A DNA stretch of 64,000 nucleotides, from NCBI RefSeq assembly GCF_964273145.1, contig NZ_OZ186875.1:54038-118037 (forward strand), written 5' to 3'. Origin of the DNA: Streptomyces sp. enrichment culture. Its GTDB lineage: Bacteria; Actinomycetota; Actinomycetes; Streptomycetales; Streptomycetaceae. A model generated the notes under the pieces. That model searched no databases, was not told the origin of the DNA, and saw nothing but the letters and a program-made list of their open reading frames with translations. The stretch's first letter is position 1. Every line of letters starts with the position of its first letter. This document shows positions 28,448 through 39,438 of this stretch, piece by piece. Position numbers and translations under genes: made by a program.

Positions 28448-28529
28448 CCGGCGGGCGGCCGGGCGCCGCCCTCGCGCGGCGCCCCCTCCCCCCTCGGCAA
28501 GTTGTTCCACGCAACCCATGGAGCCACGC

Positions 28530-30182
28530 ATGACCACACTCGCGCAGGCCGTCGGGCAGACCCTTGCCGCCGGTGGCATCCGCCACGCGTTCGGGGTGGT
28601 GGGCGGCGGGAACATCCTGGCCACCGCCGCCCTCACGGCGGCAGGCGTGCACTACACGGCGGCCCGGCACGAGGGCGGGGCCATGGCCATGGCCGACGCC
28701 TACTTCCGGGCGACCGGCGAGGTCGCGCTCTGCACCACGACGCACGGGCCCGGCATCGCCAACACCGTCACCGCGCTGGCGGACGCGGCCAAGAACCGCA
28801 GCGGGGTGGTCCTGCTGTGCGGCGACGCGCCGGTGAGCGGGCCGAGGCCGCACGACATCGACCAGAGCGCGCTCATGGCCGCGCTCGGCGTCCGGGTCGT
28901 CCGGCTCACCGAGACGGCGACGGCCCGCGCGGACACCGCCGAGGCCGTGCGCCTGGCCCGGTCCGGACGCCGCCCCGTCGCCCTCTTCCTGCCGGGCGAC
29001 CTGATCGACCGTTCGCTCGGCGGGAACGCCCCGAGCGCCCCGGCCCGGGCCGGGACGGGCACGCCACCGGCCGTGGACGGCCGGGCGCTGCACGAGGCCC
29101 TCGCCGCCCTGGCCGGGGCCCGCCGCCCCCTGCTGCTCGCCGGGCTCGGAGCCTGGCACTGCGGCGCCGGCAAGATCCTCCGGGAGCTCGGCGACCGCCT
29201 CGGCGCCCTGTTCGCGACGACCGTCATGGCGAGCGGGATGTTCCACGACAGCCCCTGGTCGCTGGGGGTCTGCGGCGGCTTCGCCGCGCCGGCCGCGGCC
29301 GCGCTGATGGGCGAGGCCGACGTGGTCGTCGCCTTCGGCGCGAGCCTGGACACCTTCACCCTGCACGGCGGGCGGATCCTCGACCCGGCGGCCACCGTCG
29401 TCCAGGTCGACCTGGACGGACGGGCCGGGGCCCGGCGGGCCGACCTCGTCGTGCGCGGCGACGCCCACGCCGTCGCCGTACGGCTGCTCGACGAGGCCGG
29501 GCGGCGGGCACTTCCCGCATCGGACTGGCGAACGCGGCGCGCCGCGGCCGTGGAGCGGGCGCGGGCCGGATGGGCGGACACCGCTCACCGGGACGCGTCC
29601 ACCGCCGACCGGATCGACCCGCGCACCCTGACGCGGGAACTGGCCGCGCTGCTGCCGAAGGAGCGCACCGTGGTACTGGACGGCGGGCACTTCATCGCCT
29701 GGCCCGCGATGTACTGGCCGGTGCCCGACCCGGCGGGCCTGGTCTTCACGGGCGCCGCCTTCCAGAGCATCGGCCTGGGCCTGGCCGGCGCGGTCGGCGC
29801 GGCGGTGGGGCGGCCCGACCGCCTGACCGTGGCGGCGGTGGGCGACGGCGGCGCGCTGATGGGGCTGCCCGAGCTGGACACGCTGGTGCGGTCGGGCCGG
29901 CCGGCGCTCGTGGTGGTCTACGACGACGCGGCGTACGGCTTCGAGGCGCACATGTACGCGCCGCGCGGCGCCGACCCGGCGACGATGTCCTTCGCCGACA
30001 CCGACTTCGCCGCGGTGGCCCGCGCCCTGGGCGCCACGGCAGTCACCGTGCGGGGCACCGGCGACCTCGGCGCGGTGCGCGCGTGGCGGGAGCGCGGCTG
30101 CCCGGGCACCCTGGTCCTGGACTGCAAGGTGGTGCCCGGCGTGGTCGCGCCGTTCCTGGCCGACATGCTGGGCCGCTCCTGA
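28530..30182 (+). CDS. Thiamine-diphosphate-dependent enzyme (acetolactate synthase-like fold)
   Basis: ARHEGGA, THGPG and GDGG...YDDAAYG ThDP motifs. Confidence 0.85.
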   Translation: MTTLAQAVGQTLAAGGIRHAFGVVGGGNILATAALTAAGVHYTAARHEGGAMAMADAYFRATGEVALCTTTHGPGIANTVTALADAAKNRSGVVLLCGDAPVSGPRPHDIDQSALMAALGVRVVRLTETATARADTAEAVRLARSGRRPVALFLPGDLIDRSLGGNAPSAPARAGTGTPPAVDGRALHEALAALAGARRPLLLAGLGAWHCGAGKILRELGDRLGALFATTVMASGMFHDSPWSLGVCGGFAAPAAAALMGEADVVVAFGASLDTFTLHGGRILDPAATVVQVDLDGRAGARRADLVVRGDAHAVAVRLLDEAGRRALPASDWRTRRAAAVERARAGWADTAHRDASTADRIDPRTLTRELAALLPKERTVVLDGGHFIAWPAMYWPVPDPAGLVFTGAAFQSIGLGLAGAVGAAVGRPDRLTVAAVGDGGALMGLPELDTLVRSGRPALVVVYDDAAYGFEAHMYAPRGADPATMSFADTDFAAVARALGATAVTVRGTGDLGAVRAWRERGCPGTLVLDCKVVPGVVAPFLADMLGRS

Positions 30183-30217
30183 GCGGCTGGGCCGCGCCCC
30201 CGTTCCGGCGCCGCGGC

Positions 30218-31798
30218 TCAGCCGCCCAGCAGGCCGGTCCGGGCGTCGCGCAGCCCGGGGAAGGAGTCGAGGTCGGGAACCGTCCAGCCGTCCAGGTCGT
30301 ACTCGGACAGGCACTGCTCGACGAACGCCTTGTAGTCGTCGATCTGCCCGCTCGCCGTCTGGGCGAACAGCAGCTCGGTGCGGACGTTCTCGTGATTGCC
30401 CGAGTAGTTGCGCTCGTACAGCTCGTGCCGCCCGCCGAACTCGGTGCCCACCGCGTCCCACAGCAGTTTCAGGACCTTGACGCGTTCGACGGCGTCGACG
30501 CCGTTCGAACCGCGCACGTACTTGTCGAGGTACGGGCGGATCCGCGGGTTCCTGAAGTCCTCGGCGCTGGAGTTGAGGTAGATCAGACCGCTGGCGACGT
30601 CCTGCTGGACGATCTCCCTGATGCGGGGGTACCCGATCTGCATGAACCAGCGGTAGGCCATGCCGTACTGCGGGTTGGGCAGCACCGCCCCGCCCCGCCA
30701 CCGGACCGGGTTGCGCGCCGCGGCGTCCGACAGCCCCCAGAACAGGTTCCGCCAGGCGAGCACCTCACCCAGGCGCGTCTGCACGCCCCGGAAGTCCTGT
30801 GCCCCGGTGATCTCCAGCGCCTTGGCCAGCGCGCCGGCGAGGAACTCCAGCTTCACGGCCAGGCGCACGCAGCCGTGGAAGGTGAAGCGCTCCAGGAAAC
30901 CCGACTGCCCCGAGAACATCTGTATCTTCGCCGTGTCGCCGTAGACGAAGACGTCCTCCCACGGGATCAGCACCTTGTCCAGGACGAGGATCGTGTCGTT
31001 CTCGTCCAGCCGCGAGGAGAGCGGATAGTCGAAGGGACTGCCCATCACGGCGGACATCGCCGTGTACGACGGACGGCAGATCAGCTTCACCCCGGGCGCG
31101 CCGGTGGGCACCGTGGCGACCAGCGCGAACTCCTTCCTCCTGACCGGAAGGCCGTAGTGCGCGATGAAGTTGTGGTGGGTGAGCGCCGAACCGGTGGCGA
31201 CCACCTTCGCGCCGCTGACCACCAGGCCCGCGTCGGTCTCCTTCTCCACGTGGACGAAGACGTCCGCCACCTCGTCGGCCGGACGGCCGCGGTCGACCGG
31301 CGGGTGCACGATCGCGTGGTTCCAGTACAGGACCTTCTCCTGCGACTCGCGGTACCAGCGGCGCGCGTTGTCGGAGAAGGGGGCGTAGAAGTCGGCGTTG
31401 GCGCCGAGCGTGCCGAGGAAGGCGGCCTTGTAGTCGGGGCTGCGCCCCATCCAGCCGTAGCTCATCCGGGACCAGGCCGCGATGGCCCCCTGGTCGGCGA
31501 CCAGGTCCTCGGCGCTGCGGGGGGTGGTGAAGAAGCGGTGGGTGTAGCCGCCGCTGCCGGTGTCGGTCGCGGTGGTGAGCACGCCGCGGTGGGCCGGGTC
31601 GTGCAGCGCGTCGTACAGCCGGGCGGTCATCCGCACCGGGTTGCGGAAGGCGGGGTGCGCGGTGACGTCCTCGACGCGTTCCCCGTACAGGTAGACCTCG
31701 CGGTCGTCGCGCAGGCTCTCCACGTACTCCTCGCCCGTCAACGGACGCGTCCCCCGCGCCTGGGGGTCGCCCGTTCGGCCGTGCTGCTGATCGGTCAT
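30218..31798 (-). CDS. sgcC: Two-component FAD-dependent aromatic hydroxylase (HpaB/SgcC-like)
   Basis: [38 protein letters not shown] and [12 protein letters not shown] motifs. Confidence 0.88.
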   Translation of the reverse strand: MTDQQHGRTGDPQARGTRPLTGEEYVESLRDDREVYLYGERVEDVTAHPAFRNPVRMTARLYDALHDPAHRGVLTTATDTGSGGYTHRFFTTPRSAEDLVADQGAIAAWSRMSYGWMGRSPDYKAAFLGTLGANADFYAPFSDNARRWYRESQEKVLYWNHAIVHPPVDRGRPADEVADVFVHVEKETDAGLVVSGAKVVATGSALTHHNFIAHYGLPVRRKEFALVATVPTGAPGVKLICRPSYTAMSAVMGSPFDYPLSSRLDENDTILVLDKVLIPWEDVFVYGDTAKIQMFSGQSGFLERFTFHGCVRLAVKLEFLAGALAKALEITGAQDFRGVQTRLGEVLAWRNLFWGLSDAAARNPVRWRGGAVLPNPQYGMAYRWFMQIGYPRIREIVQQDVASGLIYLNSSAEDFRNPRIRPYLDKYVRGSNGVDAVERVKVLKLLWDAVGTEFGGRHELYERNYSGNHENVRTELLFAQTASGQIDDYKAFVEQCLSEYDLDGWTVPDLDSFPGLRDARTGLLGG

Positions 31799-32009
31799 GC
31801 GCCTCATCGTGGCAGCCGCCGGGTGCCCGGGGCTTCTTGCTGCGTGCGCGAGCGGCCGGCCCAAGGCCCCGACGTGCCGAAGTCGCGGCGACCACCGCGA
31901 CTGCGCAAGAAGGAAGGTGCCCCGCGCACCGCCGCGGTGTGAGCGTCGGGGATGCGAAACGGTCCGCTTCGACGACCGACACCCGCGTGACCCTTTGGGA
32001 GGACCCACG

Positions 32010-33191
32010 ATGCTCACCGCCGACGTCCCCACGCGAGCGGACCTGGTGCAGCGCGCCGCCGCACTGGCCCCGCTCCTGAAGAAGAACGCCGCGCAGGCGG
32101 AGCAGGACCGGCGGCTGCAGGACGAGACGGTCGAGGCGCTGGCCGGGGCGGGCCTGTTCCGGCTGCGCGTGCCCAAGCGCTACGGCGGCTACGAGGCGGA
32201 CACCCGCACCCTGGTCGAGGTCGGCGCCGAACTCGGCCGCGCCGACGGGGCAGCCGCCTGGACGACGTCGGTCTACTGGATCCCCACCTTCATGGCGTGC
32301 CTGTTCCCCGACAGCGTCCAGGACGAGGTGTTCGCCACCCCCGACGTGCGCATCTGCGGCACCCTCAGCCCGTCGGCGCGGGCCGTCGCGGCCGAGGGGG
32401 GCATCGTCGTCAACGGCACGTGGGGCTTCGTCAGCGGGGCCCGGCACGCCCACTGGCAGGAGATCATCGCCGTCCGGGAGCTGCCCGACGGGCAGCACCT
32501 GCCGGTGATGGCGCTCGTCCCGATGTCCGACCTGGAGATCGTCGACGACTGGGACACCTCCGGCCTGTGCGGCACGGGCAGCGTCAGCACCGTCGCCCGG
32601 GACGTCTTCGTCCCGCAGGAGCGGGTGATCCCGCTCCCGGCGATCCTGCAGGGCCGGTACGCCTCCGAACGGAACGCCCAGAGCCCGGTCTACCGGGTCC
32701 CGCTGCTGCCGGTCGCCGCCGTCTCCTCGGTCGGCACCGCCCTCGGTCTCGCCCGTGCCGCGCGCGACGTCTTCTTCGAGCGGCTGCCCGGCCGCACCCT
32801 GACCTACACCGCCTACCGGAGCCAGGCCGAGGCCCCGCTGACCCACCACCAGGTGGCCGAGGCCACCTTGAAGACCGACCAGGCCGAGTTCCACGCCCAC
32901 CGCCTGGCCGGCCTCGTCGACGCCAAGGGCCTGGCCGGCGAGGAGTTCACCCTCGAGGAGCGGGCGCGCGCCCGCGCCGACATGGGCGCCGTGGTCCGCC
33001 TCGCCAAGGAGGCCGTCGGCATCCTCGCCGCGGCCTCCGGCGGCTCCTCGATCTACCGCGACGTCCCCATGCAGCGCATCAGCCGCGACATCCAGGCCGT
33101 CAGCCTGCACGCGCTGATGAACCCGGACACCAACAACGAGCTGTACGGCCGGGTCCTGTGCGGTCTCGAGCCCAACACCCTCTACATCTGA
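32010..33191 (+). CDS. Acyl-CoA-dehydrogenase-fold flavin-dependent monooxygenase
   Basis: [29 protein letters not shown] and QRISRD motifs. Confidence 0.82.
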   Translation: MLTADVPTRADLVQRAAALAPLLKKNAAQAEQDRRLQDETVEALAGAGLFRLRVPKRYGGYEADTRTLVEVGAELGRADGAAAWTTSVYWIPTFMACLFPDSVQDEVFATPDVRICGTLSPSARAVAAEGGIVVNGTWGFVSGARHAHWQEIIAVRELPDGQHLPVMALVPMSDLEIVDDWDTSGLCGTGSVSTVARDVFVPQERVIPLPAILQGRYASERNAQSPVYRVPLLPVAAVSSVGTALGLARAARDVFFERLPGRTLTYTAYRSQAEAPLTHHQVAEATLKTDQAEFHAHRLAGLVDAKGLAGEEFTLEERARARADMGAVVRLAKEAVGILAAASGGSSIYRDVPMQRISRDIQAVSLHALMNPDTNNELYGRVLCGLEPNTLYI

Positions 33192-33226
33192 GTCCCCTTG
33201 CCGACCGACCACTCCAGGAGCAGCAC

Positions 33227-33655
33227 ATGAGCGCGCAGACCGTCCAGACCACCGCCGCCGTGACCGACGAGGACAAGGCCGCCGTCGCCGCGCTGCCGCA
33301 GCGCATCGTCGAGGCCTGGGCCGCGCACGACGCGGACGCCTTCGCCGAGGTCTTCACCCCCGACGGATCCATGATCATCCCGGGGGTCCTCCAGCGGGGC
33401 CGCGACAGCATCCGGGCCTTCATGGCCGAGGCGTTCCAGGGCCCCTTCAAGGGCACCCGCGTCATCGGCACCCCCGTCGACCTGCGCTTCGCCAACGGCG
33501 AGTCGGGGATCCTGATCACCCGGGGCGGCATCCTCGCCCCCGGCGAGAGCGAGCCGAGCGCCGAACGCGCCGTCCACGCCTCCTGGGTCGTCGTCAAGCG
33601 CGACGGGCGGTGGTTCCTGGCCGCGTACCAGAACAGCCCCCGTCACGCCGCCTGA
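33227..33655 (+). CDS. sgcJ: SgcJ/EcaC-family NTF2-like protein
   Basis: AWAAHDADAFA..F..DG and ASWV...W.LAAYQNSP motifs; typical of 9-membered clusters. Confidence 0.85.
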   Translation: MSAQTVQTTAAVTDEDKAAVAALPQRIVEAWAAHDADAFAEVFTPDGSMIIPGVLQRGRDSIRAFMAEAFQGPFKGTRVIGTPVDLRFANGESGILITRGGILAPGESEPSAERAVHASWVVVKRDGRWFLAAYQNSPRHAA

Positions 33656-33687
33656 CGGCCCGCGCATCCGCGAGAGAGGTGAGGCGC

Positions 33688-35034
33688 ATGACCGGCAGGG
33701 TGGGCGAGCGCGCGGTGGTGCTCGGCGGCAGCATGGCGGGGCTCCTGGCCGCGCGCGTGCTCGCCGGCGCCTACCGCGAGGTGCTCGTCGTCGAGCGCGA
33801 CGCGATCAGCGGCAGGACAACCGCCCGCAAGGGCGTGGGGCAGGGGCGCCACGTGCACGGACTGCTCGCGCGCGGGCAGCAGATCCTCGACGAGCTCTTC
33901 CCCGGTTTCACCCGGGAGGCCGTCGCGGCCGGCATCCCGACGGGAGACCTCGGAGAGCTGCGCTGGTTCTTCAACGGCCGCCGGCTCAGCCCCGGTACGA
34001 CTGGGCTGACCTGCGTCTCCGCCACGCGGCCGGTGCTGGAGAGCCGGGTGCGCGAGCGGGTCGCCGCGCTGGCGGGGGTGCGCCTGCTGGAGCGGCACGA
34101 CATCGTCGGCCTGGTCGCCGACGACGCCCGGGAGGCGGTCACCGGGGTCCGCGTGCAGTCCCTGGAACCGGGGGCCGGGGAACGCGCGATCCCGGCCGAC
34201 CTGGTGGTCGACGCCACCGGGCGCGCGTCGCGCACCCCGCTGTGGCTGGAGGAACTGGGCTACGAGCGCCCCGAGGAGGAGCGCATCCGCATCGACCTCA
34301 GCTACACCACGCGCAGGTTCCGGCTGCGCGACGAGGCGGTGCTGAACGGCGACCTGTCGATCAACCCCGTCTCCTCGCCGAGCCACCGGCGCGGCGCGTT
34401 CCTGTCCCGGATCGAGGACGGCCTGGTCGTGGTGTCCCTCACCGGCGTGCTGGGCGACAGCGCCCCCGCGGACCTGGACGGCTTTCTGCGGTGGGCCCGC
34501 ACGCTCCCGGTGCCCGACATCCACGACGCCGTCCACGACGCCGAACCGGTCGACGACGGCGCGGTCTTCCGCTACCCGGCCAGCCGGCGCCGGCGCTACG
34601 AGCGGTTGTCCCGCTTCCCGGGCCGCCTGCTGGTCCTCGGCGACGCGGCGTGCAGCTTCAACCCGGTCTACGGGCAGGGCATGACCGTCGCCGCGCTGGA
34701 GGCACTGGTGCTGCGCGAGCACCTGAGCCGGGGCGAGGTGGACCCGAAGGCGTTCCTCGCGGACATCGCCCGGGTCATCGAGGTGCCCTGGCAGTTCTCG
34801 GCCGGTTCCGACCTCGGCTATCCGGAGGTCGAGGGCGAACGCACCGTCGAGTGGGAGGCGTCCGGCGCCTACATGGCCGCGCTCCAGGCCGCGGCGGTGG
34901 TCGACGGCGAGGTCACGGCCGCGTTCATGCGGGTCGCGGGCCTGGTCGACACCCCGGACGCGCTCATGACCCCGGAGATGGTGCGGCGGGTCGAGAACGG
35001 CTCCCGCCGCGCCCGCGAGCCCCTCGCCGCCTGA
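33688..35034 (+). CDS. FAD-dependent monooxygenase/epoxidase (SgcL/SgcD2-like)
   Basis: GGSMAGL, DATGRASR and GDAACSFNPVYGQGM motifs. Confidence 0.82.
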   Translation: MTGRVGERAVVLGGSMAGLLAARVLAGAYREVLVVERDAISGRTTARKGVGQGRHVHGLLARGQQILDELFPGFTREAVAAGIPTGDLGELRWFFNGRRLSPGTTGLTCVSATRPVLESRVRERVAALAGVRLLERHDIVGLVADDAREAVTGVRVQSLEPGAGERAIPADLVVDATGRASRTPLWLEELGYERPEEERIRIDLSYTTRRFRLRDEAVLNGDLSINPVSSPSHRRGAFLSRIEDGLVVVSLTGVLGDSAPADLDGFLRWARTLPVPDIHDAVHDAEPVDDGAVFRYPASRRRRYERLSRFPGRLLVLGDAACSFNPVYGQGMTVAALEALVLREHLSRGEVDPKAFLADIARVIEVPWQFSAGSDLGYPEVEGERTVEWEASGAYMAALQAAAVVDGEVTAAFMRVAGLVDTPDALMTPEMVRRVENGSRRAREPLAA

Positions 35035-35056
35035 CGGCACCGGCGCGCTCGCCCCC

Positions 35057-35101
35057 ATCGGCCCCGCCCCGCCGGCAACGCGCCGGCGGGGCGGGGCCGA
35101 T
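35057..35101. terminator. GC-rich hairpin between convergent genes
   Basis: 20-bp perfect stem ATCGGCCCCGCCCCGCCGGC, 5-nt loop. Confidence 0.75.
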
Positions 35102-35179
35102 CGCCGTCCGCGGGCCGGGGCGGACCGAAGGGCCGCCGGGGACGGCGGCGTCCCCGGCGGCCCTTGGGCGAGGCGCGGA

Positions 35180-36430
35180 TCAGCGGGTGCCCGCCCCCGC
35201 CGGCACCCGGGCGGTCAGCCGCACCGGCAGGCTGCGGTGGCCGTTCATGATGAACGTCGGCAGCGGCTGCAACTCCTGCCGCTCCACGGCCAGTTCGATG
35301 TCGGGGAAGCGCGCGAAGAGCCGGGACAGGCCGGTGGTCGCCACCAGACGTGCGATGCCCGCGCCCAGGCAGTAGTGCGGGCCGAACCCGAACGACAGGT
35401 GCGTCTTGTCGCTCCGCGTGAGGTCGAAGGTGCCGGGGGCGTCGGCGTGGAGCCCGGGGTCACGGCCCACGGCGGCGTAGTTGACCAGGATCGGATCGCC
35501 CTTCGGGATCGTCACCCCCTCCAGTTCGATCTCCTCCGCCGCGTACCGCAGCGGCAGCTGCGCCAGCGGCGACTCCACGCGCAGCGTCTCGTCGATCACG
35601 TCGTCCCAGGTGGCGCGCCCGGAGAGGACCAGCTCCAGCTGGCCGCGGTCGCTCAGCAGCGCGGTGATGGCGTTGTCGAAGAAGTTGATCGTGGTCTCCG
35701 AGCCGGCGCCGAGGATCGCGAAGATCGTGTCGGTGAGCTCGTCCTCCGACAGCCGCGAGCCGTCCTCGTCCCGGGCGGCCACCAGGTCGCTGGTGATGTC
35801 CTCTCCCGGCTCGCGCCGCTTGTCGGCGATCAGGTCGGCCATCGCGCCCCGCCAGCCCGCCAGCACGGCCTGGGCCTGCTCGGGGGTGAGGGTGGTGTCC
35901 ACCATCGCGTCGATGACCTTCGCGGTCTTGACGCGGGCCTCCTCCGGCATGCCGATCAGGTCGGCCACCAGACGGGCCGGCAGCGGGTAGGCGAACCGCT
36001 CGCGCAGATCCACCGTCTCGCCCGGCTCCACCTGCTCCAGCGCGTCCAGCAGCTGGTCGGTGAGCTCCTCCACGCGGGGCCGGAACGCCTCGGTGCGCCG
36101 CGGCGTGAACGCCTTGCCGACCAGCTTGCGCAGCCGCACGTGGTCCTTGCCGTAGGCGGTCACCATGTTGTCCATCGCGACCCAGCTGATCAGCTCCCAG
36201 TCCGGCGGCACCTCACCGTTGACGAAGGCCGGCCAGTGGGTGCGGGCGCTCTTGGTGACGCGCGGGTCGGCGAGCACCTGCTTGATCGCCGCGTGGCTGT
36301 TCAGCGACCAGGCGAGCACACCGCCCGGCAGTTCCACCCGGGTCGCCGGGCCCCGCTCCCGCAGGGCGGCGGCCTCGGCGTGGATGTCACGGCCGGTGGT
36401 GTCGAGGGCGAAGGGGCAGCCTTGTTCCAT
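35180..36430 (-). CDS. Cytochrome P450 (CYP154-like)
   Basis: AGSETT, ETLR and [13 protein letters not shown] motifs. Confidence 0.9.
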   Translation of the reverse strand: MEQGCPFALDTTGRDIHAEAAALRERGPATRVELPGGVLAWSLNSHAAIKQVLADPRVTKSARTHWPAFVNGEVPPDWELISWVAMDNMVTAYGKDHVRLRKLVGKAFTPRRTEAFRPRVEELTDQLLDALEQVEPGETVDLRERFAYPLPARLVADLIGMPEEARVKTAKVIDAMVDTTLTPEQAQAVLAGWRGAMADLIADKRREPGEDITSDLVAARDEDGSRLSEDELTDTIFAILGAGSETTINFFDNAITALLSDRGQLELVLSGRATWDDVIDETLRVESPLAQLPLRYAAEEIELEGVTIPKGDPILVNYAAVGRDPGLHADAPGTFDLTRSDKTHLSFGFGPHYCLGAGIARLVATTGLSRLFARFPDIELAVERQELQPLPTFIMNGHRSLPVRLTARVPAGAGTR

Positions 36431-36486
36431 GGGTCCATCCCGATCCGTCGGAAGTGAGGTCGTACGCGGGGGCGGCGCGGCGGCGC

Positions 36487-37722
36487 TCACCGGGCGGCCG
36501 CACCGAAGTGCGCCCGGGCGAGCTCGCGGTTGGCCAGCGAGGAGAGGAAGACGCCGTACCCGGCGTGGCTGTGCAGGGTGGACAGGTCGCGCCAGACCCG
36601 TTCGACGCGCTCGCCCGCCCGCACCGAGCTGGAACCGGCCGTCGGGAAGAGCTGCCCCTCCACCGCGCGCCAGGCCAGCCGCACGGCCTCCCTGCCGATG
36701 GTGGCCAGCCGCAGCTCCTCCTCGCGGGTGAAGGCCGCCGCCTCCTTGCGGCACAGGTCCTGCCACTGCTGCGTGGCGTGCAGCACCGCCGCCTCGGCGG
36801 CGGCGATCATCCCGGTCGCCTCGCCGTAGCGGAACTGGAAATCGGGATCCTCGGTGCGCGGGACGATGGGGAAGAACGTCGTCGTACGGCTGCGCATCAG
36901 CTCCTCGTACGCGTCCAGGGCGCCCTTGGCCATGCCGACGGCGAGGACGCCCAGTTCCAGCAGCATGAAGCTGAGCGGACCGCCGCCGTACTCGGGGCCG
37001 TGCAGACTGCGGCCCGGGGTCCGCTCGGTGACCGGCATCTGGCTCAGGTGCCCGGGCAGGGTGAAGTGCCCGGGGACGCGGCCGCCGTCGATGCGGATGC
37101 TGTGCGAACCGCTGCCCTTGAGGCCGAGCTGGGCACCCCAGTCGTCCAGGCGCTCGAACCGGTCGCGGGGGGCGATGAACAGCATCGGCGCCGGTGGCCG
37201 GTCCGCGCCCTGCGGGACCAGGGTGTGCCCGATGAAGTGGGTCGCGTACGGGGCGCCGGAGCAGTAGCCCCACGTGCCGTCGACCACCCAGCCGCCCTCG
37301 CCGTCGGGGCGGGCCGAACCGGCCGGGGCGACCGTCGCCGGGCAGATGAAGTCGCCGCCGGCGAACAGCTCGGCCTGGGCGGCCTCGTCGAACAGCGTGC
37401 CCACCACCAGCGCGTGCGCCGCGCCGAACAGGTACATCCAGCCGGTCGACGGGCAGCCCCGGGCCAGCGCCATGGAGACCTTGACGAACGTCTCGGGCCC
37501 GAACTCGTAGCCGCCGTAGCGGCGCGGCACGAGGATGCGGTAGAAGCCGGCACGGGAGAACGCCTGGTGGGTGTCCTCGGCGTAGTAGCCGCGCCGCTCG
37601 GTCTCGGCCTGCCGCTCGACCAGGGTGGCGGCCAGGGCCTCGGCGCGGGCGACGATCTCGTCGGGGGTGAGGCCGGGCTCCGGCGGAGCCGCGGGGGCGG
37701 AAGGGGCCGGTGTCGTCATCAT
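36487..37722 (-). CDS. Acyl-CoA-dehydrogenase-fold flavin-dependent monooxygenase
   Basis: [24 protein letters not shown] and ERVWRD motifs. Confidence 0.82.
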   Translation of the reverse strand: MMTTPAPSAPAAPPEPGLTPDEIVARAEALAATLVERQAETERRGYYAEDTHQAFSRAGFYRILVPRRYGGYEFGPETFVKVSMALARGCPSTGWMYLFGAAHALVVGTLFDEAAQAELFAGGDFICPATVAPAGSARPDGEGGWVVDGTWGYCSGAPYATHFIGHTLVPQGADRPPAPMLFIAPRDRFERLDDWGAQLGLKGSGSHSIRIDGGRVPGHFTLPGHLSQMPVTERTPGRSLHGPEYGGGPLSFMLLELGVLAVGMAKGALDAYEELMRSRTTTFFPIVPRTEDPDFQFRYGEATGMIAAAEAAVLHATQQWQDLCRKEAAAFTREEELRLATIGREAVRLAWRAVEGQLFPTAGSSSVRAGERVERVWRDLSTLHSHAGYGVFLSSLANRELARAHFGAAAR

Positions 37723-37788
37723 CGGTCGCATCCTCTTGCGTCGAAGGGCTCGTCGGACGGCTCGTCGGAGGGCTCGGCTGCCGGCGGG

Positions 37789-39162
37789 TCAGGTCAGTGG
37801 GGTGCCGGGCGCGTCGGCCAGCGTGCGCAGCAGGTCACGGAAGCGGGCCACCAGCTCCACGGCCGTGGACTCGTCGAAGCGGTGGCGGTCGAACTTCAGG
37901 CTGCCCGCGAGCCGCCCGTCCGGCAGCACGTCCATCGCCCACAGCCCGCCGTCCGGGATGGCCGAACTCACCTCCTGCGACAGGGTCCTGGCCCGGATCG
38001 CGGTGAACCGCAGCCCGCCCGGCCGGCTGTCCTCCACGGCGAAGGCCGTCTGCAGCACCTCGAAGGCGACCACGGCGAGGAACCCGTCGGCGAAGGGGGC
38101 GAGCAGCGCGGGGCTGTCCTCGGCGATCCGGGCGAAGGGGATCTCGTGCTGGTAGGCGCCCACGCAGGCGGCGCGAGCCCGCTCAAGGACATCGCCCAGG
38201 GTGGCGCAGCCGGTGGTGTCGATCCGCAGGGGCACGAAGTTGAAGAAGGGGCCGACCGCGTCCATGAACCGCTCCTCGTAGCGGCCGGAGGAGAAGGTCG
38301 GGAAGACCACGTCGGCGGTGCCGGTGCGCTCGCGCAGCAGCACGCTGTAGGCGGCGGCCATCACCATGAACGGGGTGCAGCGCCGCTTTCGGGCCGCCGC
38401 GAGGACGGCCGAGGACAGCGGCGCGTCGAACACGAACCGGTGCACGCCGTAGGCGCTCGGCAGGTTCTCCTCGCGCGGACGGTCGGAGGCGATCCCGGTG
38501 ATCCGCGCCCCCGCCAGCCGCTCGCGCCAGTAGGCCCGCGCGTCGTCCGTGCGGGGGTGGCCGGCGGTCTCCTGCTGCCAGCGGGCGAACTCCCGGTACT
38601 GCACGGGCGGGGCCGTCCCGGCGGGCCCGCCCGCCACCCGGGCGGCGTAGGCGTCGGCGAGGTCCCGCATGATCACCTGGAGCGACCAGGCGTCGGTGGA
38701 GGTGTGGTGGGTGGCCAGCACCAGCACCGCGTCCTCGGCGTCGAAACGGCCCACGGCGGCCCGCAGGTGCGGCAGCTCGCGCACGTCGAAGGGGCGGGCG
38801 TCCTGCTCGTTCAGGAACTCCTCGGCCCGCACGTCACGCGTCCGGTCCGCGCCGGACCCCAGCTCGTGCACCTCCAGCAGGACCGGCGAGGGCGGCTCGA
38901 TCACCTGGTGACCGCCCTCGGCGTCGCCGCGCACCGAGGTGCGCAGCACCTCGTGGCGCACCACGACGTCGTCGAGGGCCCGCTGCAGGGCGGCCAGGTC
39001 GATCGCGCCGGTGACCCGCCAGCCGCACACCAGGGTGTGACGGTGGCCGAACGCGCCGTCCGTCTCGCCCTTGTCGAAGGCGCGCAGGAACTCCTGGTTG
39101 TACGACAGGGGGACGCGCGCGGCGGTGGCCTGCGCCTCGGGCGGCGCGGTGGTGATGCTCAC
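37789..39162 (-). CDS. Stand-alone NRPS condensation enzyme (SgcC5-like)
   Basis: [22 protein letters not shown] and VGPFFN motifs. Confidence 0.88.
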   Translation of the reverse strand: MSITTAPPEAQATAARVPLSYNQEFLRAFDKGETDGAFGHRHTLVCGWRVTGAIDLAALQRALDDVVVRHEVLRTSVRGDAEGGHQVIEPPSPVLLEVHELGSGADRTRDVRAEEFLNEQDARPFDVRELPHLRAAVGRFDAEDAVLVLATHHTSTDAWSLQVIMRDLADAYAARVAGGPAGTAPPVQYREFARWQQETAGHPRTDDARAYWRERLAGARITGIASDRPREENLPSAYGVHRFVFDAPLSSAVLAAARKRRCTPFMVMAAAYSVLLRERTGTADVVFPTFSSGRYEERFMDAVGPFFNFVPLRIDTTGCATLGDVLERARAACVGAYQHEIPFARIAEDSPALLAPFADGFLAVVAFEVLQTAFAVEDSRPGGLRFTAIRARTLSQEVSSAIPDGGLWAMDVLPDGRLAGSLKFDRHRFDESTAVELVARFRDLLRTLADAPGTPLT

Positions 39163-39225
39163 GGTGATCTGGATCCTCTCCGGGGCGGGTGGAGCGGGGT
39201 GCGTCGTACGGTGGGCCGTGGGGGT

Positions 39226-39438
39226 TCAGGCGGCGGACGCCGCGGCGGCGGGACGGCCGGGGCTCGGGGCGCGATGGAGGAAGTTCAGGCAGGCGGCGCG
39301 GGGGGCCGGGCCGTAGGCGGCCGGCCAGCCGACGGGGGCGTCGAGGTCCGCGGGCCACAGTGAGTACCGGCCCAGGGGGTTGATGAGGACGACGTACCTG
39401 CGCGGGGTGCCGGTGCGGGCGGGGTCCGGGCGGCTCAT
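39226..39438 (-). CDS. mbtH: MbtH-like protein, C-terminally degenerate
   Basis: YVVLIN..GRYSLWP....P.GW....G....CL motif; lacks the terminal WTDxRP; coupled to the A-PCP gene. Confidence 0.7.
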   Translation of the reverse strand: MSRPDPARTGTPRRYVVLINPLGRYSLWPADLDAPVGWPAAYGPAPRAACLNFLHRAPSPGRPAAAASAA

